This document shows positions 13,401 to 26,752 of a DNA stretch of 64,000 nt, one piece after another. The notes beneath the pieces were generated by a model. The model did no database searches and had not been told where the DNA came from. It saw only the letters and a program-made list of their open reading frames with translations. Source of the stretch: Hamiltosporidium tvaerminnensis FI-OER-3-3 (Eukaryota > Fungi > Microsporidia). Within the stretch, counting starts at the first letter, position 1. Each line of letters starts with the position of its first letter. The position numbers and the translations under genes were made by a program. Location of the stretch: positions 1,054,001-1,118,000 of the forward strand of contig CM061250.1 of assembly GCA_022605425.2 (NCBI GenBank), read 5' to 3'.

Positions 13401-14898
13401 ATATGATCAGCACATCAAATTTCATAAAAAAACAATTTACTAGAAAATACTAAATTGATTTCTACTAAACTGGTTAATTAAGAAATATAATTCTGCAAAT
13501 AATAGATTGCTCGCTCGGATGAAAATATAAAATTTCTTAAACTATTTATTTCATTTGTTAGACGCGATTTACGGACTAGAAATTCAACGATGTATAGTTT
13601 TTTTATTTAGAATTCAATATTTTTTCGCTAGTTTAACTTTTTTTGGTTTCTCTATACTCTTCCTTGTTTTTTTATTGTAAACCATGAAATAGAATTTAAT
13701 TATTAAAAGCTCTGATTTTAAAAAAGTATATTTACAAAATCAAATTCTTATTTTTAATAATTTGCGATATCTAAACGATATAAATACAGAGTCTATTCTA
13801 GTCTAATTTATACACCCGAAAATATTGAATGAATTCATTTTTTTGTGTGTCGAATATATGATATTAAATATTAACGTCCATAAATCCATGCAGCTTATAA
13901 ATTATAATTGTGGTTTTGCTCTTTTTGATGTTTAAATTTGTAGAACTGACTTGTTTGTTGAGTAGCAGATAATTTATAAGAAAATTGGCGATTTTTTGAA
14001 ATTTCATAGGGAAACCGGAAAAATAAACGTTTGGACGTATAAATCAATGTTTATGGAATAGAATCAATATGAAAATATTCTCAACCGGAGAAATTCTAAC
14101 TTAAAACATTTCAATTAATAAAATATTTGTCTTCTGAATATAACTAAACTCGAGATTTATAAAGATTTTCGAGTACGAGAGGCTTTGAAATAGCCTACAC
14201 CTCTTCTCTATGTTAAACTAATACCCTACAAAAGCAGCAGCTGTAAAATATTCTTGTCTGATAGGATTGAATCTAGATACAAAAAAGAATTAATACCGAT
14301 ATTTTAGTATATTAGAGACATGAAGTATATATGTATCAAAATATAGATAATATAATGCGCCTAAATTTCTTTAAATTCTAAAAAATTGCGAGAATCAGGA
14401 AGTAAAGAGAAAAATTTTAACCGTTCAAGTTAAGTAAGGAACTAGAAATATTAGAACGTTATAAATATACCCAGGAAACTTTAATTTATCATATTCTTCA
14501 AATTAATCCGGGAATAAAACGCAGAAGTAACTCTAAAATTTTGACTAGAATTGAAAGTAGCTAATATTATGAAAAAGACTTATAAAATAGACAGGCAAGA
14601 TTTAGAAGAAATTTAGAAAGTCTTCCTTTTAGTAATTCTATGTTAGCTGGGTTGGTATCTTATATAAATTATCATCATTGGGTAAAATTTAGACTTATAG
14701 AATATATTTGAAGATAACAAAGTTAAAAGTCTGGCGAAAATGAAACATTTACATCGAAAAAATATACTGAATTAATATCAATTTTTATATTACTTTATTT
14801 TAAAACTTCAATTCAAAGTAAATAAGAGTAAAAAAATATTTTTATTCAAATTTTTGTATAAACATTAGATATTTTAGATTTGGATAAATATATAAATT

Positions 14899-15390
14899 TT
14901 AAGGTGTTTTTATCAACTGCTCTTCTTCTGAATCTGATATTTTCTCATGGTTTTTACATTTAAGATACTTTGAACTTCTTGCAATTAATTTCTTAAACGA
15001 GCCAAAATTTAAATTGCATTTTTTATCGTTTTTTTTGCCTTTACTAGAGACACAAGGCGTATCATTTGATATATTTGAACAAAGAACTTCGGAATTTATA
15101 GAAATAGCACCGGCGTCATTTATAAAACGACTAGACTCACTTGATCTATTGCAAATGACTGTAGTAATAATGACAGGAATAGTAGAATATATCGAATTTC
15201 GATTTATTTTTCAATGTTTTTCATCCAAGTTTGAGTCATATTCAGTCGGCTTTGCAACAAAATTATTGTCCGTTTTGGGTCTATGAAACACAGAAGATAT
15301 TCTTTTTAACTTTTGCTTCAATAAAGTCAGATTTTTAATGTAGTGGATACATAGAACATGACACAAGACAACTAAAAGAGCAAATCTCAT
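14899..15390 (-). pseudogene. Paralog of 5837..6331 with one in-frame TGA at codon 60 (not in ORF track)
   Basis: Manual translation MRFALLVVLCHVLCIHYIKNLTLLKQKLKRISSVFHRPK...DSNLDEKH*KINRNSIYS...FGSFKKLIARSSK...SDSEEEQLIKTP*. It has 164 codons and aligns without gaps over the first 59 aa to ...DLNLSEKH. Confidence 0.75.
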
Positions 15391-18300
15391 TTAGAAAATT
15401 ATATTTTTATAATTTATAGTAAATATTTAATTATCGATAAAAATGTTTTGTTCCATATAATTTAAATCGAAATTTGTTTGTAAAAAATTTAATTAATAAA
15501 TTTAATTAATAAATTCATTTATCAAATTTCGAATTAAAAGTTTCGAAACTCAAACGAATCAAAAGTATATTTGGTAACGAAATAATTCATGGAAATAAAG
15601 AAGACATAGAAGCCTTGCTTTTTACTGACATTACCTAAATTTTTGAAGAAAAAATTCTAATAAATATCCACAAATTTTCCGGTCCCACTCAACCAGTCTA
15701 TTTGGTTATAAAATATAAACTTTGGAAATTTAAACAGATTTTAGTTCAATTCAGGCGAGGATCTCATAAGTCAAGTTACAAATGCGACAGATTATTTTAA
15801 GGAATATATTTCTGAAAAAATAATAGTTTAAAATTATCTTCCTATCCTAATATGTACAAGCTGGAATTCAGAAATTGATTTGTACAATATCAATTAAGTA
15901 ACAACTCAAATAATTCTTTTTCACTCAGCTAAAGAATCGCACTGTTTTCAGGTTCAAAAATTAATATTATAACTGTTTTGGTTCGTTCAACGTAATAACT
16001 ACAATATTACTTATTGAAACAGAAGAGACAATAGTATAGAAAAATAAAAAGTACGGAGTTATAATATTAACATAAAATTTATATCAGTTTTTCCTACATA
16101 ATAATTTCAATTATAACCGATTTATACTTTCTCAATATATAAATTTAAATTATACAAGTGATTATAACATGTTTAAATATTATATAAACAATATAAAGTG
16201 AATTTCTTACAAAACGAAAGAATATATCAATAAGTTCATCCTAGTTTATCTATGGAATCTGATCATTCGATAACTTTCAATTGCTAAAGTATTCCATGCC
16301 ACATAAAAATTGGTCTAAACTTAATAAGAAGATTAAATAGAAGTTAAAATTCCGTCTTCAATAAATTGCTTAAGAATTTAATAAAATGCAACCAAACAGT
16401 AATAATCTGTGCTTTCGATAAGAGCCTTTAAGTTAAAAACTTTTTTCTAATAAAACAAAGAATTTTTACTTGAAACTTTAGCTCGGAAAATAATTTAAGA
16501 ATGTGTTTGTCGGAACCCATGTCGAAGCACCCAGATAGAAGGTATCTTTGGTAGAACCAGGCTCTATGTTTCAAATAAAAGAAACAAAACATGTGTAATT
16601 ATTTATTTTTCTTGAAATAATATATTTTCATCATTCTTCTTCAACTCTATGTTCTTTTTATTCCACTATTATAGTCTAAATAGAACATAATTTATAAAAA
16701 AAAATTATAACTCACTATCATACATAAGAAACTGCAATGGTAGAAAATAAACAATCATTTAGAAGGTAGAAAGTGATTTATACAAGCAACAATTATACTA
16801 TAAGTTATATATTGGATTTTTTTCCAATTAATTAGAGTTATCTAATTCTAAAAGTTGTGAAATGTTCTAAATTTTAATTTCGATATATATCGTGGATCAT
16901 ATTTTATTAAATTCGTAGGTATGCATATTCCTAATAAATATACTCCTAAGTTTCAAAGATATGCTTTTTTTCGAAGTTTGTAAATTTATCTATTTTTACA
17001 CTTGTTTTTGACTAAATTGAAACTCCATATTTTTTTAAAGATAAAATTGCTATATTTAGAAATTTATTGTTCCTTAAAAAGTTTATAGCATTAAAAGACT
17101 TATAAATCGATTGATCAACACGGTAAAAGTTAAAATATAAAAAACACAAATTACTAAGTGGAAGAAACTGTACATAAAAAATAGAATTTTAAATATCTAG
17201 AATATATGAAATTTATAATATGAATAATTTCCCTCAATTTTAATAAAATTATATAAATTCTTGATTTGAGCTTCAAAAGTGATAAAATAAACGCAAACCA
17301 GCCTCTTTTTAATGTCTGCACTCAAAAAAATAAAAAATAAAGCTTGGCGTAGGTTTACACGAAAAATCAATGTGGAAAAATACTCGCTTGTTTATAAAAA
17401 CACATCCTAAACTTAAATTATCCGAATAAATCTTAAGATTTATTGTGGGCAAATACTCGCTTAGGAAAAAAATATATCAACATAGATAAGATTTTCTTTC
17501 GCAAACAGGCAAGATTAAGCTATTTATATAATTTCCGGTTTCTGCGTGTATGATTTTTTAGATTTAGGTTGAAATTTCAATGATAAATATTAGAATATAA
17601 AGCGAATGTGTTTTCAGGCTATAAAATATCGATAGATTTCCAACATATTATATAATGGTTATTCTTTTATATCGTAAAAGGCCAAATTCGTATTCATTTT
17701 TAAACACTAGACAAATCTACTATAATACATCTGCAAAGATTTATAAATAGAATTCAGAACAAACTATGTAAATATAATGATACCTTCTACGCAAAGATTT
17801 AATCCTATATTACAAATATTTGAAAGACAAAAATCTCGGTTTTTTCCTATGAATAGGTGAAAAAAAAGTATTAAATTTGAAAAGCCATCTTAACATAAGT
17901 ATAATATAAGCAATTGAAAAATTTGAAGAACTTTAAGCAAGAAACAATCGAAAAATTAGATAAAAACACTTATATTTATCTAAGATGGTATTGTTTGTGA
18001 TGATTCAGTTAGAATTCCATAAAACGACTAAAAATATTTGAAAAGCGTTTTATTTCAGAAAGTAACTTGAACAAGTCGAAACAGATTTGAGCGCAATCGC
18101 AAATAAACATTTTGAATTTTTGAATTGTTTAAATATAAAAAAAGAATTCAGAAGTATAAAAACGATATTTGAAAGTTAAAGCAGTAAACAGGAACTTGTT
18201 GCTCATTATCGACTATTTAAATGCTATACAGAAGAAATAGAAGGCCATAATGTCGAGATACGATCATATTTAAAAACAAGAATTTCAAAATTTAAGTTAT

Positions 18301-19843
18301 ACAAAGTTATATAGTGAAACTAAAAAAACCAGCAGAGTACCGTAGATTAATTTATTTCAAACCATAAAAACATCCAAAAAATTACCATTGGTTTGTCAAA
18401 TCCTACACATTGGGAATACCACAGATAAGAAAAACACTATCAGCATCTTGTAGAATTTAAAAGGCCACAAATAAAAATAAATAAAACAAAGTAAATTAAA
18501 CGGCCATATTAGTTCCATTATCAAATAAACAATTATTTCATTTTTCTTATTAAATAAACGTATAAATTATAACTTTAAAAAATAATTATGAATCATACTT
18601 ACAAAATATTCTTGAACTTGAATATTTAAATTTAAAAAATGAACTGATAGATAATAAAACATTTAAATTCAAAACATTAATAGGAATATTTTTTCCAGAG
18701 AAATACCACACAAATAAAATATTTAAGTCTGAAATTAAATTAAAAATTTGAATTCAAATAGATAAAACAGAGTGTTTAAATTTCGAAAGTTTGAATCTTA
18801 TAGATTATAGTCTTATAGATCATAGTCTTATTCATCATAGTCTTATATGGTTTATTCATAAAACCTTGTAACGAATGACTACTTTTTTTTACAACTAGAT
18901 TTTACAAATACGAAAACCTAAAGAATGAAATATCAACTTCGATTTATAATTTTAAAAATCTCACAAAATTTTATATCTTAGAAAAGAACGGAAATCAAGA
19001 TAAACCATAAACAAAGCAGTATAATAGCATTTTTAAATGTAATACACGAATTTAATTCACACTTAGCATACGACGAAACAAAGAAAATTAAACCTAAAAA
19101 CAAAAAATCGAGATTTAATGACGTATAACAAAATAACCAAAAATATAATTAAGTGGTAAATATTTTAATAGCTTAAGAAAACTGAAAACTATAGAAAAAT
19201 AGAGACACAATCAGAAGAATTAAATAAAATTTTTAAAAAAAACAATTTTAACTTTAAAATAGTTTAAGAATTGAATAAAATAATTTTTAAAAAATACAAT
19301 TTCAATTTAAAATAAAATACTTTTAACTCTAAAATAGTTTAAGAATTAAATATAATTTTATTTTTTTCAAACACAAAGATTGAATTATTTAAATAAATTT
19401 TAATTTTTAAGAATAATTGGTATTTTTATTCTAAAAAAAACAACAGAAAACTTTTATAAACTTAAAATTTTAAAATTTCCTAAAATATTTAATTTCTACT
19501 TCATCCTATTTTCTACTTTAAAAACTTTTTGGCTTAAAAAATTCTTAAAAAATTCTTAAAAATTCTAAAAAAAAATATTCGAAATAATTGTAATTCCTTC
19601 ATTCTCAAAATACTAAAACAACAAAAATAAATGTAAAGTAATACTTAAATAACAGAAATAACAAAAATAACAAAAATGCCTAAAACAATACTTAAATAAC
19701 AAAAATAATAAAAACAATAAATAAATAAATTAAATAAAATAACAAAATTATTAAAAAATTCTTAAATTTTACAATTTATTTTTAAACCTCAGAATCTCTT
19801 TAAAAAAAATAAAAATACAAATAAAATGAATTCACCCATAAAA

Positions 19844-22135
19844 ATGCATAAACGAAACAACATCATACGTGATGGTAAATCACAAGTAGTAAAAGATTTT
19901 CCAAAAGGATACGCCACTTCTCAACAAACAAAAACTGAAAAAATACAAAATGAACTTCCCAAGCCAGAAGTAAATGCTCCCAGTTTACCTTCAGAAGTAG
20001 AAAAAGATCAAAAAATATTTTTTTCATTTGATACTTCTTCATATCCTCCTCCTCTCTCCACCACAGATTTTTTTGTAACTGAAACTAAAAATACCGATCC
20101 AAATCTTCTAAGATCTAGTTTTTATGTCATTCCAGCTGAACCTTCAATTTTTCAATCTATAAATTTACCATTGACTACAGTTTTACAACCCTTCAATTCT
20201 AAGGCATTAATTAATGAAATAGAAAATATTAAATCTGTTCGTTGTATGGAATGTCTGGCCTATGTAAATATTTTTACTAAAATAGATGATTTAGGAAAAT
20301 ATTTTAAATGCAATATTTGTAATGCCAGTGTAGAACTTAAAGGAATTATAACAAAAGAAGATCCTATTTTACGGTTTTCTACTTTGGATTATTTAAAAAA
20401 AGAAGAAGAAATAATTTATAAACCAAATTTTGTAGATTCTGAATATTTTAATTATAAATTTTATAAAAGACCTATTTTTATATTTTGTATTGAACTGACA
20501 TCTTCAAGTATTACAACGGGTCTTTTTGATTCTTCTTTGGATTCTTTAGAATCTGTACTTTTGAATAGAGATTTCTCTATTTTGTATGAAAGTATTGCAA
20601 TATTTATATTTGGAAGAGAAATTAAAAATTTTTGTTTTGAAAATGAAGAAGTAGCAGAATATGTTATAACTGATGATATAAACACACCCTTTGTTTCTAC
20701 TTCTCTCCTTATTTCATTAGACAGTGAATTTTATGATTTTAAAATTACAAAATTATTTGAAGTTTTGAGAAATTTAAAATCTAAAGATAGTATAAGTTGT
20801 TTAAAGAATATGCTAAATGTGAGCTGTATGCTTAGTTGTATGACACCAGGTGCTATTACACTGATTTATATGACACATTTAGGACAGATTGGTGATTTTT
20901 CTTATCTTTCTAATAATATAACTGAAATGACTTCTAAATTTTTAAATTCGTCAAATTCTTTATTCATTTCTTCTTTAGAAAAAACCACGGATAATCCTTT
21001 AATTCGTCTGTGTTTTAATTGCAATGGAAATTACAATTTTTATAAAAATTTATTTGAATTAAGAAAATTACTTGTAAAAGATGTAAATGAAATTTGTTTG
21101 AAACAAAGAGGATTTAATATTTCAATAGAAACTAGAACATCAGATTCTATAAGAAAATCTTCTGTATATGCCAATACTTCATCCGAAACTACTCTCTCTG
21201 TATTTATCTCACAGATGTCTGATTCTGACACAGTAGCGTTTTCTTTTTACATCGATGAAAGTGTAAAAGAAAACACAATTCTTTATTTACAAATTACTGT
21301 AAATTTTATAGATAATTTTGGAATTAAAAAAGTCAGAGTTTTTAATCATTCATTTATCAGTTCATATAAAATAGCAACACTTTATAACAATCTATGTTTT
21401 GACACAATTTTTTGTTCCTTTGTAAAATTTTTAATGAACGACACAGAAAATCTTAAAAAGAATTTAGAAAATATAAAAAATATGCTAATAAAATCACTAC
21501 AATTCTACAGAACATCCTGCTCATCACAAGCAACCTCTACTCAACTTGTTCTTCCAGAAAGTATAAAACTACTTCCTGTCCTGTTTCAGTCCTTAGAAAA
21601 ACACAAATTTATTGCCAACGAAATTTCTTACTCAGATTTTAGAAAAATTATAAACTTTTCTGTACAAAAAAATCTAAGATTTTTTTATCCTCGTTTGTTT
21701 TCATTAACAGATTATTTTGTTGAAGAAAATCTTAAAAAAGTAAATTGTTTAAGACTTTCCTCTCAAAACATAAATTCTAATGAAATTTATATTTTAGAAA
21801 ATTCCTTAAAAATATATATTTATGTCGGTAGACAAGTAGAAAAAGAACTCATAATTTCTTTAAAAATAGAAAATTTAGAAGATTTAAATTTTTATAATTT
21901 TTGTACTGAAAATGAAGAAAATGAAAATATTTCTGAAGAAGCTTTTGTTCTTAAAAATATGATTAAAGAGATAAAGGAGTGTTATGATAAGGAAATGGAA
22001 GTTGTTGTTATTAAACAGGGAAATGGACAAATAGAAACGGAATTTCTAGAAAATATGGTTGAAGATAAACTTAATAATGTAGGGTGTTATGGTGACTATC
22101 TATGTGATTTACATTTTAAAATACAGAAATGGTAA
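19844..22135 (+). CDS. SEC24: COPII coat subunit Sec24
   Basis: PNLLRSS, zinc finger RCMECLAYVN...CNIC, trunk IFIFCIE, VRVFN, QLVLPESIKLLP, FFYPRLF, gelsolin LRLS...IYILEN, YGDYLCDLH. The second ATG (19844) is preferred over 19826 because CCC lies just upstream of it. Confidence 0.93.
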   Translation: MHKRNNIIRDGKSQVVKDFPKGYATSQQTKTEKIQNELPKPEVNAPSLPSEVEKDQKIFFSFDTSSYPPPLSTTDFFVTETKNTDPNLLRSSFYVIPAEPSIFQSINLPLTTVLQPFNSKALINEIENIKSVRCMECLAYVNIFTKIDDLGKYFKCNICNASVELKGIITKEDPILRFSTLDYLKKEEEIIYKPNFVDSEYFNYKFYKRPIFIFCIELTSSSITTGLFDSSLDSLESVLLNRDFSILYESIAIFIFGREIKNFCFENEEVAEYVITDDINTPFVSTSLLISLDSEFYDFKITKLFEVLRNLKSKDSISCLKNMLNVSCMLSCMTPGAITLIYMTHLGQIGDFSYLSNNITEMTSKFLNSSNSLFISSLEKTTDNPLIRLCFNCNGNYNFYKNLFELRKLLVKDVNEICLKQRGFNISIETRTSDSIRKSSVYANTSSETTLSVFISQMSDSDTVAFSFYIDESVKENTILYLQITVNFIDNFGIKKVRVFNHSFISSYKIATLYNNLCFDTIFCSFVKFLMNDTENLKKNLENIKNMLIKSLQFYRTSCSSQATSTQLVLPESIKLLPVLFQSLEKHKFIANEISYSDFRKIINFSVQKNLRFFYPRLFSLTDYFVEENLKKVNCLRLSSQNINSNEIYILENSLKIYIYVGRQVEKELIISLKIENLEDLNFYNFCTENEENENISEEAFVLKNMIKEIKECYDKEMEVVVIKQGNGQIETEFLENMVEDKLNNVGCYGDYLCDLHFKIQKW

Positions 22136-22154
22136 ATAAAAAAGAGTAAGAATT

Positions 22155-22597
22155 AAAGGGGTGTTAACCGATAGTGTGATAATATATTATATTAAAAGGG
22201 TGTTAAATAAGTGTATTGTAATATATTGCATTTAAGGGGTGTTAAATAAGGTGATTGTAATATATTATATTAAAAGGGTGTTAACCAACACTATAGTAAT
22301 ATAGTGCATATAAGGGGTGTTAAATAAGGTGATTGTAATATATTATATTAAAAGGGTGTTAACCAACAGTATAGTAATATAGTGCATATAAGGGGTGTTA
22401 ATTAAGGGTATTGTAATATATTGTATTAAAGGGGTGTTAAACAACAGTATAGTAATATAGTATATTTAAGGGGTTTTAAACAACAGTATAGTAATATAGT
22501 GCATATAAGGGGTGTTAAATAAGACTATAGTATTACATTGTATTAAAAGGGTGTTAAACAAGACTATAGTATTATTTCTATTAAAAGGGTGTTAATT
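22155..22597 (+). repeat. Minisatellite, ~39-bp unit x ~12, core GGGTGTTAA
   Basis: Units such as gggtgttaaataaggtgattgtaatatattatattaaaa and gggtgttaaccaacagtatagtaatatagtgcatataag, partly alternating. Confidence 0.9.
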
Positions 22598-22625
22598 AAA
22601 TACTTATGATATTCTCCTTAAAAAC

Positions 22626-23057
22626 TCAAATTTTTATTTTAGGATTTTTCATAAACCCGCAGGGTAAATAAAAATCTTTTATATTTCCAATATAACTCCA
22701 ATCATACAAATGAATTACAAACAAATTCTTAAATAAAGAAACATTTTTTATATTTTTTATAGTTTTTATACTTTTTATAGATTTTATATCTTTTAGATTC
22801 TTAATATTTTTTATAGATTCTATACTCTTAATATTTTCTATCCTTTTCATATTCTTAATATTTTTTATTTCACTTATTCTCTTAATATTTCCAAATTTAT
22901 TTACAAAATCACTTTTTAAATTTCTTAATTTTTCACCCCTGAAAGATTTTTTTCTTTCAATTAAAATATGTTTTGGTGGATTTTTATTATTTTTAGATAA
23001 AAACACTTTTATAATAATTTCTGTATTCGGTTTTATTTTAAATAACTTTCTATTCAT
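22626..23057 (-). CDS. Hypothetical basic protein with internal (IKN/IKS)n low-complexity repeat
   Basis: 143-codon ATG ORF convergent with SEC24, with non-repetitive ends (HLYDWSYIGNIKDFYLPCGF). No family recognised. Confidence 0.4.
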   Translation of the reverse strand: MNRKLFKIKPNTEIIIKVFLSKNNKNPPKHILIERKKSFRGEKLRNLKSDFVNKFGNIKRISEIKNIKNMKRIENIKSIESIKNIKNLKDIKSIKSIKTIKNIKNVSLFKNLFVIHLYDWSYIGNIKDFYLPCGFMKNPKIKI

Positions 23058-23524
23058 TGTTTTTTATTTAAAAATTATAAAAAATATTTAATTAATTATA
23101 TTCTTTGTAAAACATTTTGTTTTATAGATAAGAATAAAATATATTTTTTAAAGATTTAAAAAGAAAGATTAAGAAATAATTTGTTTAATATTTTATGAAA
23201 TATAAGTTTGAAGAAAGTAGGAAATACTAATTAAAATTTAATTGTAGCTTTTTTAAGTATAAGGAAATATAAATCTGAATAGTTTTGTTTTTTTAAGTAT
23301 AAAGAAATATAAATTCTAATTAGTTTTATTTTTTTAAGTATAATGAAAATAGAAGTATATTTTTAGATTAAGAAATAAATTTAATAAATATTTTTGGATA
23401 AAGAAATAAATATATTACTCATTTTATTCTTCTTTTATCTCTCGGTGTCGAGGATGAACAAATTAAAGTTTTTCAATTGTTTCTTTTAATCTGTTATAAT
23501 TCGAATTATAGGGTATCGGTCTGT

Positions 23525-23635
23525 GGATACGATGTGGTTTATATCCTACCACGATGGCAGAAATGATTTTCGCACGGATTTTAACGCACTCATTGCTAAG
23601 CAGATAATTTTTAATGTTGTTATCCTTCCCTACCT
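23525..23635 (-). repeat. Diverged inverted copy of the 5' part of the dispersed element at 38993..39735
   Basis: gcactcattgctaagcagataatttttaatgttgttatccttccctacc matches the reverse complement of ~39000-39050 (cactcattgccaagcagaaagttttttatgtggttatcctccctccacc). Confidence 0.7.
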
Positions 23636-25224
23636 AATAATTATACTAAGGATTAAAAAGATTTTGTATTCTTAGTTTTTTTGTATCTGGGTACCTTATA
23701 TGCTTAATATCTTGGTATTTAAAAATTAAATAAAATTTTGGTTGAATTATTTTTTAACAAATTCTATGGAAAAAGGAATTCTAGAGGTGGAGAATACTGA
23801 TACATTTTATATACTAGAACAATACTTGCCATATATAGGTGGTTCTTGTTAGGTAATGGTAAATGAGATTAATAAGGTTTGTTCAGTCATTTCTTGTATC
23901 TAACAAAATACTAATTATAAAAAGACGAATATTTTGATTATTGAAAGATAAAATCAAATAAATCTATAAAAAAGTGTAAATTTGTATTTTATCTTTTAAA
24001 TATGAATCAGTAATTGTAGATATTTAAGTATTTGATTACTTTGTTTGCCTTAAGATAGCATTTATATCTCAAAGATGTTAGTCGTGTCTTTAAAATTATT
24101 GGATGAAAATGAAAAATACTGAATATTCAACGAATTAGTGTGAATTTTTGAAATTTTAATGATATGAACACAATTTATTATGTTTTTAAACACTTTGTTG
24201 TAAACAGGCAAGAGGTTCAATCAGTAGGAATACAAGGTTAGTATATTATTGATACCTAAATGAACGAAAGCACGTACTTATGTATATAGACAGTCTCCTT
24301 TTATCTTTAAGTTTCGATGATGAATATATGCAAGCCAACGTTTCTTTCGCTAGTCAATGTTCTAGCTTTATTCTTTTTCACGGGAGGGCCGGTTTTAATA
24401 CATTAAACCGTTTAAATTTTCATAATTTTTTATATTTTTATCCTTAAAACCTTTACTTTGATGTTCAATAAGCCATGAATAGATGTCCACGCCCCTTCAT
24501 AGATTTTTAAGACTGTTTTTTAGCTTTCGATTTGTTACTTTAAACCTTTTTAAATGAGATTTACAGAGGATTTGGCAGTAGATCTAGGATGTATTGTGTT
24601 CCACAAAAAAATCAAGCAATGATTTCCACTCCAAGTCCACACACTGATGGCCAAGCAAATTGTTTTTTTAAACTCATTCCTTCTTACTCTGTAAATAAAC
24701 ATGCGATTACAATTTAAATGCTCAAAATTTTAAATATTCTCTTGGAAGTGCCTTAAAAATTATTTTTTACAAAACATTTCACAAAATTATAAAACTACAT
24801 TTAACATTATATTTTATGGTTTTGCAGGCAAATATATACAAACATAGATTCTTTACTTCAATTGATAAGCAGTATTTTTGTTCTTTTAATTAACTATATA
24901 TGGTATTAAAAATAGAGATTTTCAAACTGAGTTCTTGGTGTCAATTTTCCTGATAGATTATCAATACGTAAATATTTTTTGGATTATATAAATAAATTTT
25001 TTTTGAAGACATAATTACTTCTTATGAAGAAAATATATACTAAATAAAAATACTTGTTCGTAACAATTAGATAATCTGTTTTGAGGTAAAACCTTTCTAT
25101 ATTTTCAGTAGACTCCTGATTAAACTTCCCATGTAAGCTTATTAATTGAGTCACATTTTATATTTTAAAATAATTTCCTATATAATATAGAAAACCTCTC
25201 TTTTTCTTGTGTTTAAGATTTAAT

Positions 25225-25401
25225 AATTAGGTTTTACACACCTGTTAGATGAAAGGCTTTGGGACATAGGTATCTCAAATGATACCGATGGAGTGTTGGA
25301 GTAGCAGTTATTTATGTTAAACCTAGATCTGTGTTAATATCATGAAAACAAATATTACACTTGCCACTATTTTAAAAAGATGTGATACTTTTAGATAAAG
25401 T
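25225..25401 (+). repeat. High-identity copy of the 3' part (39558..39734) of the dispersed element
   Basis: Shared strings tacacacctg-tagatgaaaggctttgggac, taccgatggagtgttgg-gtagcagttatttatgttaaacctaga, acacttgccactatt-taaaaagatgtgata. Confidence 0.9.
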
Positions 25402-26139
25402 ATCTATAAAAATATAAATGATAATTTAATATGTTTCAATCACCTCATCTGGTTTGATAAAGCTTAATATATACTTTTATCTCTTTATTAGAGAAATAAA
25501 CTTTTCTTCAATTTTAAATTTTCTTTCACTTCATAAAGTCTAACTTACCTTAAAGAAAAAGACTATTTATAAAAGATAATGATATTATATATCTTCATTA
25601 TTACCATCTTCTAATTATGTTCGTTATATTTATTGTATTGGTTTATCAGTAAAAATCCTTATCAAGCGTTGGTATGATAGTAAAATTATATTTGTAAGAA
25701 AAATACAAAATTCGAGAATAAAAAATTTATGCATTTCTTTATATTTTTATTGTAAGATGTGTTTATTCTCGAAAATAAAAAAAAAATTGAATTACAGAAT
25801 TATAAATGACTTTGTAAAACATCTTAAGAAGTCATAGGCGTAAATAATTAAATAAATTTAAATTTCAGAATTTTCTAATAGTAACTTCGAATAGAACGGT
25901 AGAAATAATTAAAAAATATTTTAAATAAATTTACAATTCAAATTACTTACTTAGTTATTCCATTCCTCTTGTACCTCTCGGTGCTTAGGATCAAATTCAA
26001 ATCACAAATTAGATTGAAAAGGAAATATATAAACAAATTCTACTCCAACAAATTTTGAATTAAAGATATTATTTGATTATTTTTGTAATTCATCTTTTAA
26101 AACCATATTATTAACCAAAAGACATTTATAGAATACAAA

Positions 26140-26195
26140 ATAAAAAAATATAAAAAAATATAAAAAAATATAAAAAAATATAAAAAAATATAAAA
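26140..26195. repeat. (TAAAAAAATA)n tandem repeat
   Basis: About five 10-bp units downstream of the PRA1 gene. Confidence 0.8.
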
Positions 26196-26266
26196 TTACT
26201 TGAATGGTATTTTATTTCTTACAACAAATTCTAATCTCCCTACTGTAAAACTACTAAGCTTAAACA

Positions 26267-26752
26267 CTACTTCTTTGATTCTTCTTCTTCTTTATAAGAA
26301 AGACAATGAGAAATAATGGCAATACCACATAAAGAAATAAATGCAAGACCTGTCATAATAATATTACCGAATAACAAAGAATATATAACAGAAACTGCAA
26401 CGGTTATTCTGAATATCCAGATGGTAGAAATTGTTTTACCTACAATATTGGAAGTACCGTGTATGGTAAATCCTACAAAATAGATATAAAAGAACCAAAG
26501 TAGAGCCAAAGGAATGGCAAATATTTTGAATAAAAAGAATAAAACAGTGAATGAGATTGCAATAATTAAGTAATTTCCTTTGAATCGACTTGTATTTTCA
26601 AAAAAACGTTTCTTGCACTGTTCAGAATCTTTTGGCAAACTAAATTTTGTTTTGTCAAAAAATGTTTTGATATCTTTTGAAGAAGAAATAATTTCTTTAA
26701 TTTTGTCGAAGGAATTTATATTTTGATTAGAATTGTTTAATGAACCGTGCAT
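26267..26752 (-). CDS. PRA1 family protein (prenylated Rab acceptor, Yip3-like)
   Basis: FFDKTKFSLP...RFFENTSRFKGNYLII matches the PRA1 signature (F..F..P....R...N...F..NY). Two long hydrophobic hairpins, a late His and an acidic tail follow. Confidence 0.8.
   Translation of the reverse strand: MHGSLNNSNQNINSFDKIKEIISSSKDIKTFFDKTKFSLPKDSEQCKKRFFENTSRFKGNYLIIAISFTVLFFLFKIFAIPLALLWFFYIYFVGFTIHGTSNIVGKTISTIWIFRITVAVSVIYSLLFGNIIMTGLAFISLCGIAIISHCLSYKEEEESKK

Noticed and set aside
15211-15213. TGA reassignment (Trp/Sec)
   Set aside because: Conserved genes here use TGG for Trp and contain no in-frame TGA, and the paralog has no Trp or Cys at this position. A nonsense mutation is simpler.
15014-15286. 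Plus-strand 90-aa ORF, and similar short antisense ORFs over SEC24, BET2, phytase and macrodomain genes
   Set aside because: They are opposite-strand shadows of better-supported coding sequences.
22155-22597. CRISPR array or telomere
   Set aside because: The inter-core segments are homologous to each other rather than unique spacers, there are no cas genes and the context is eukaryotic. It is not a short perfect terminal repeat either.
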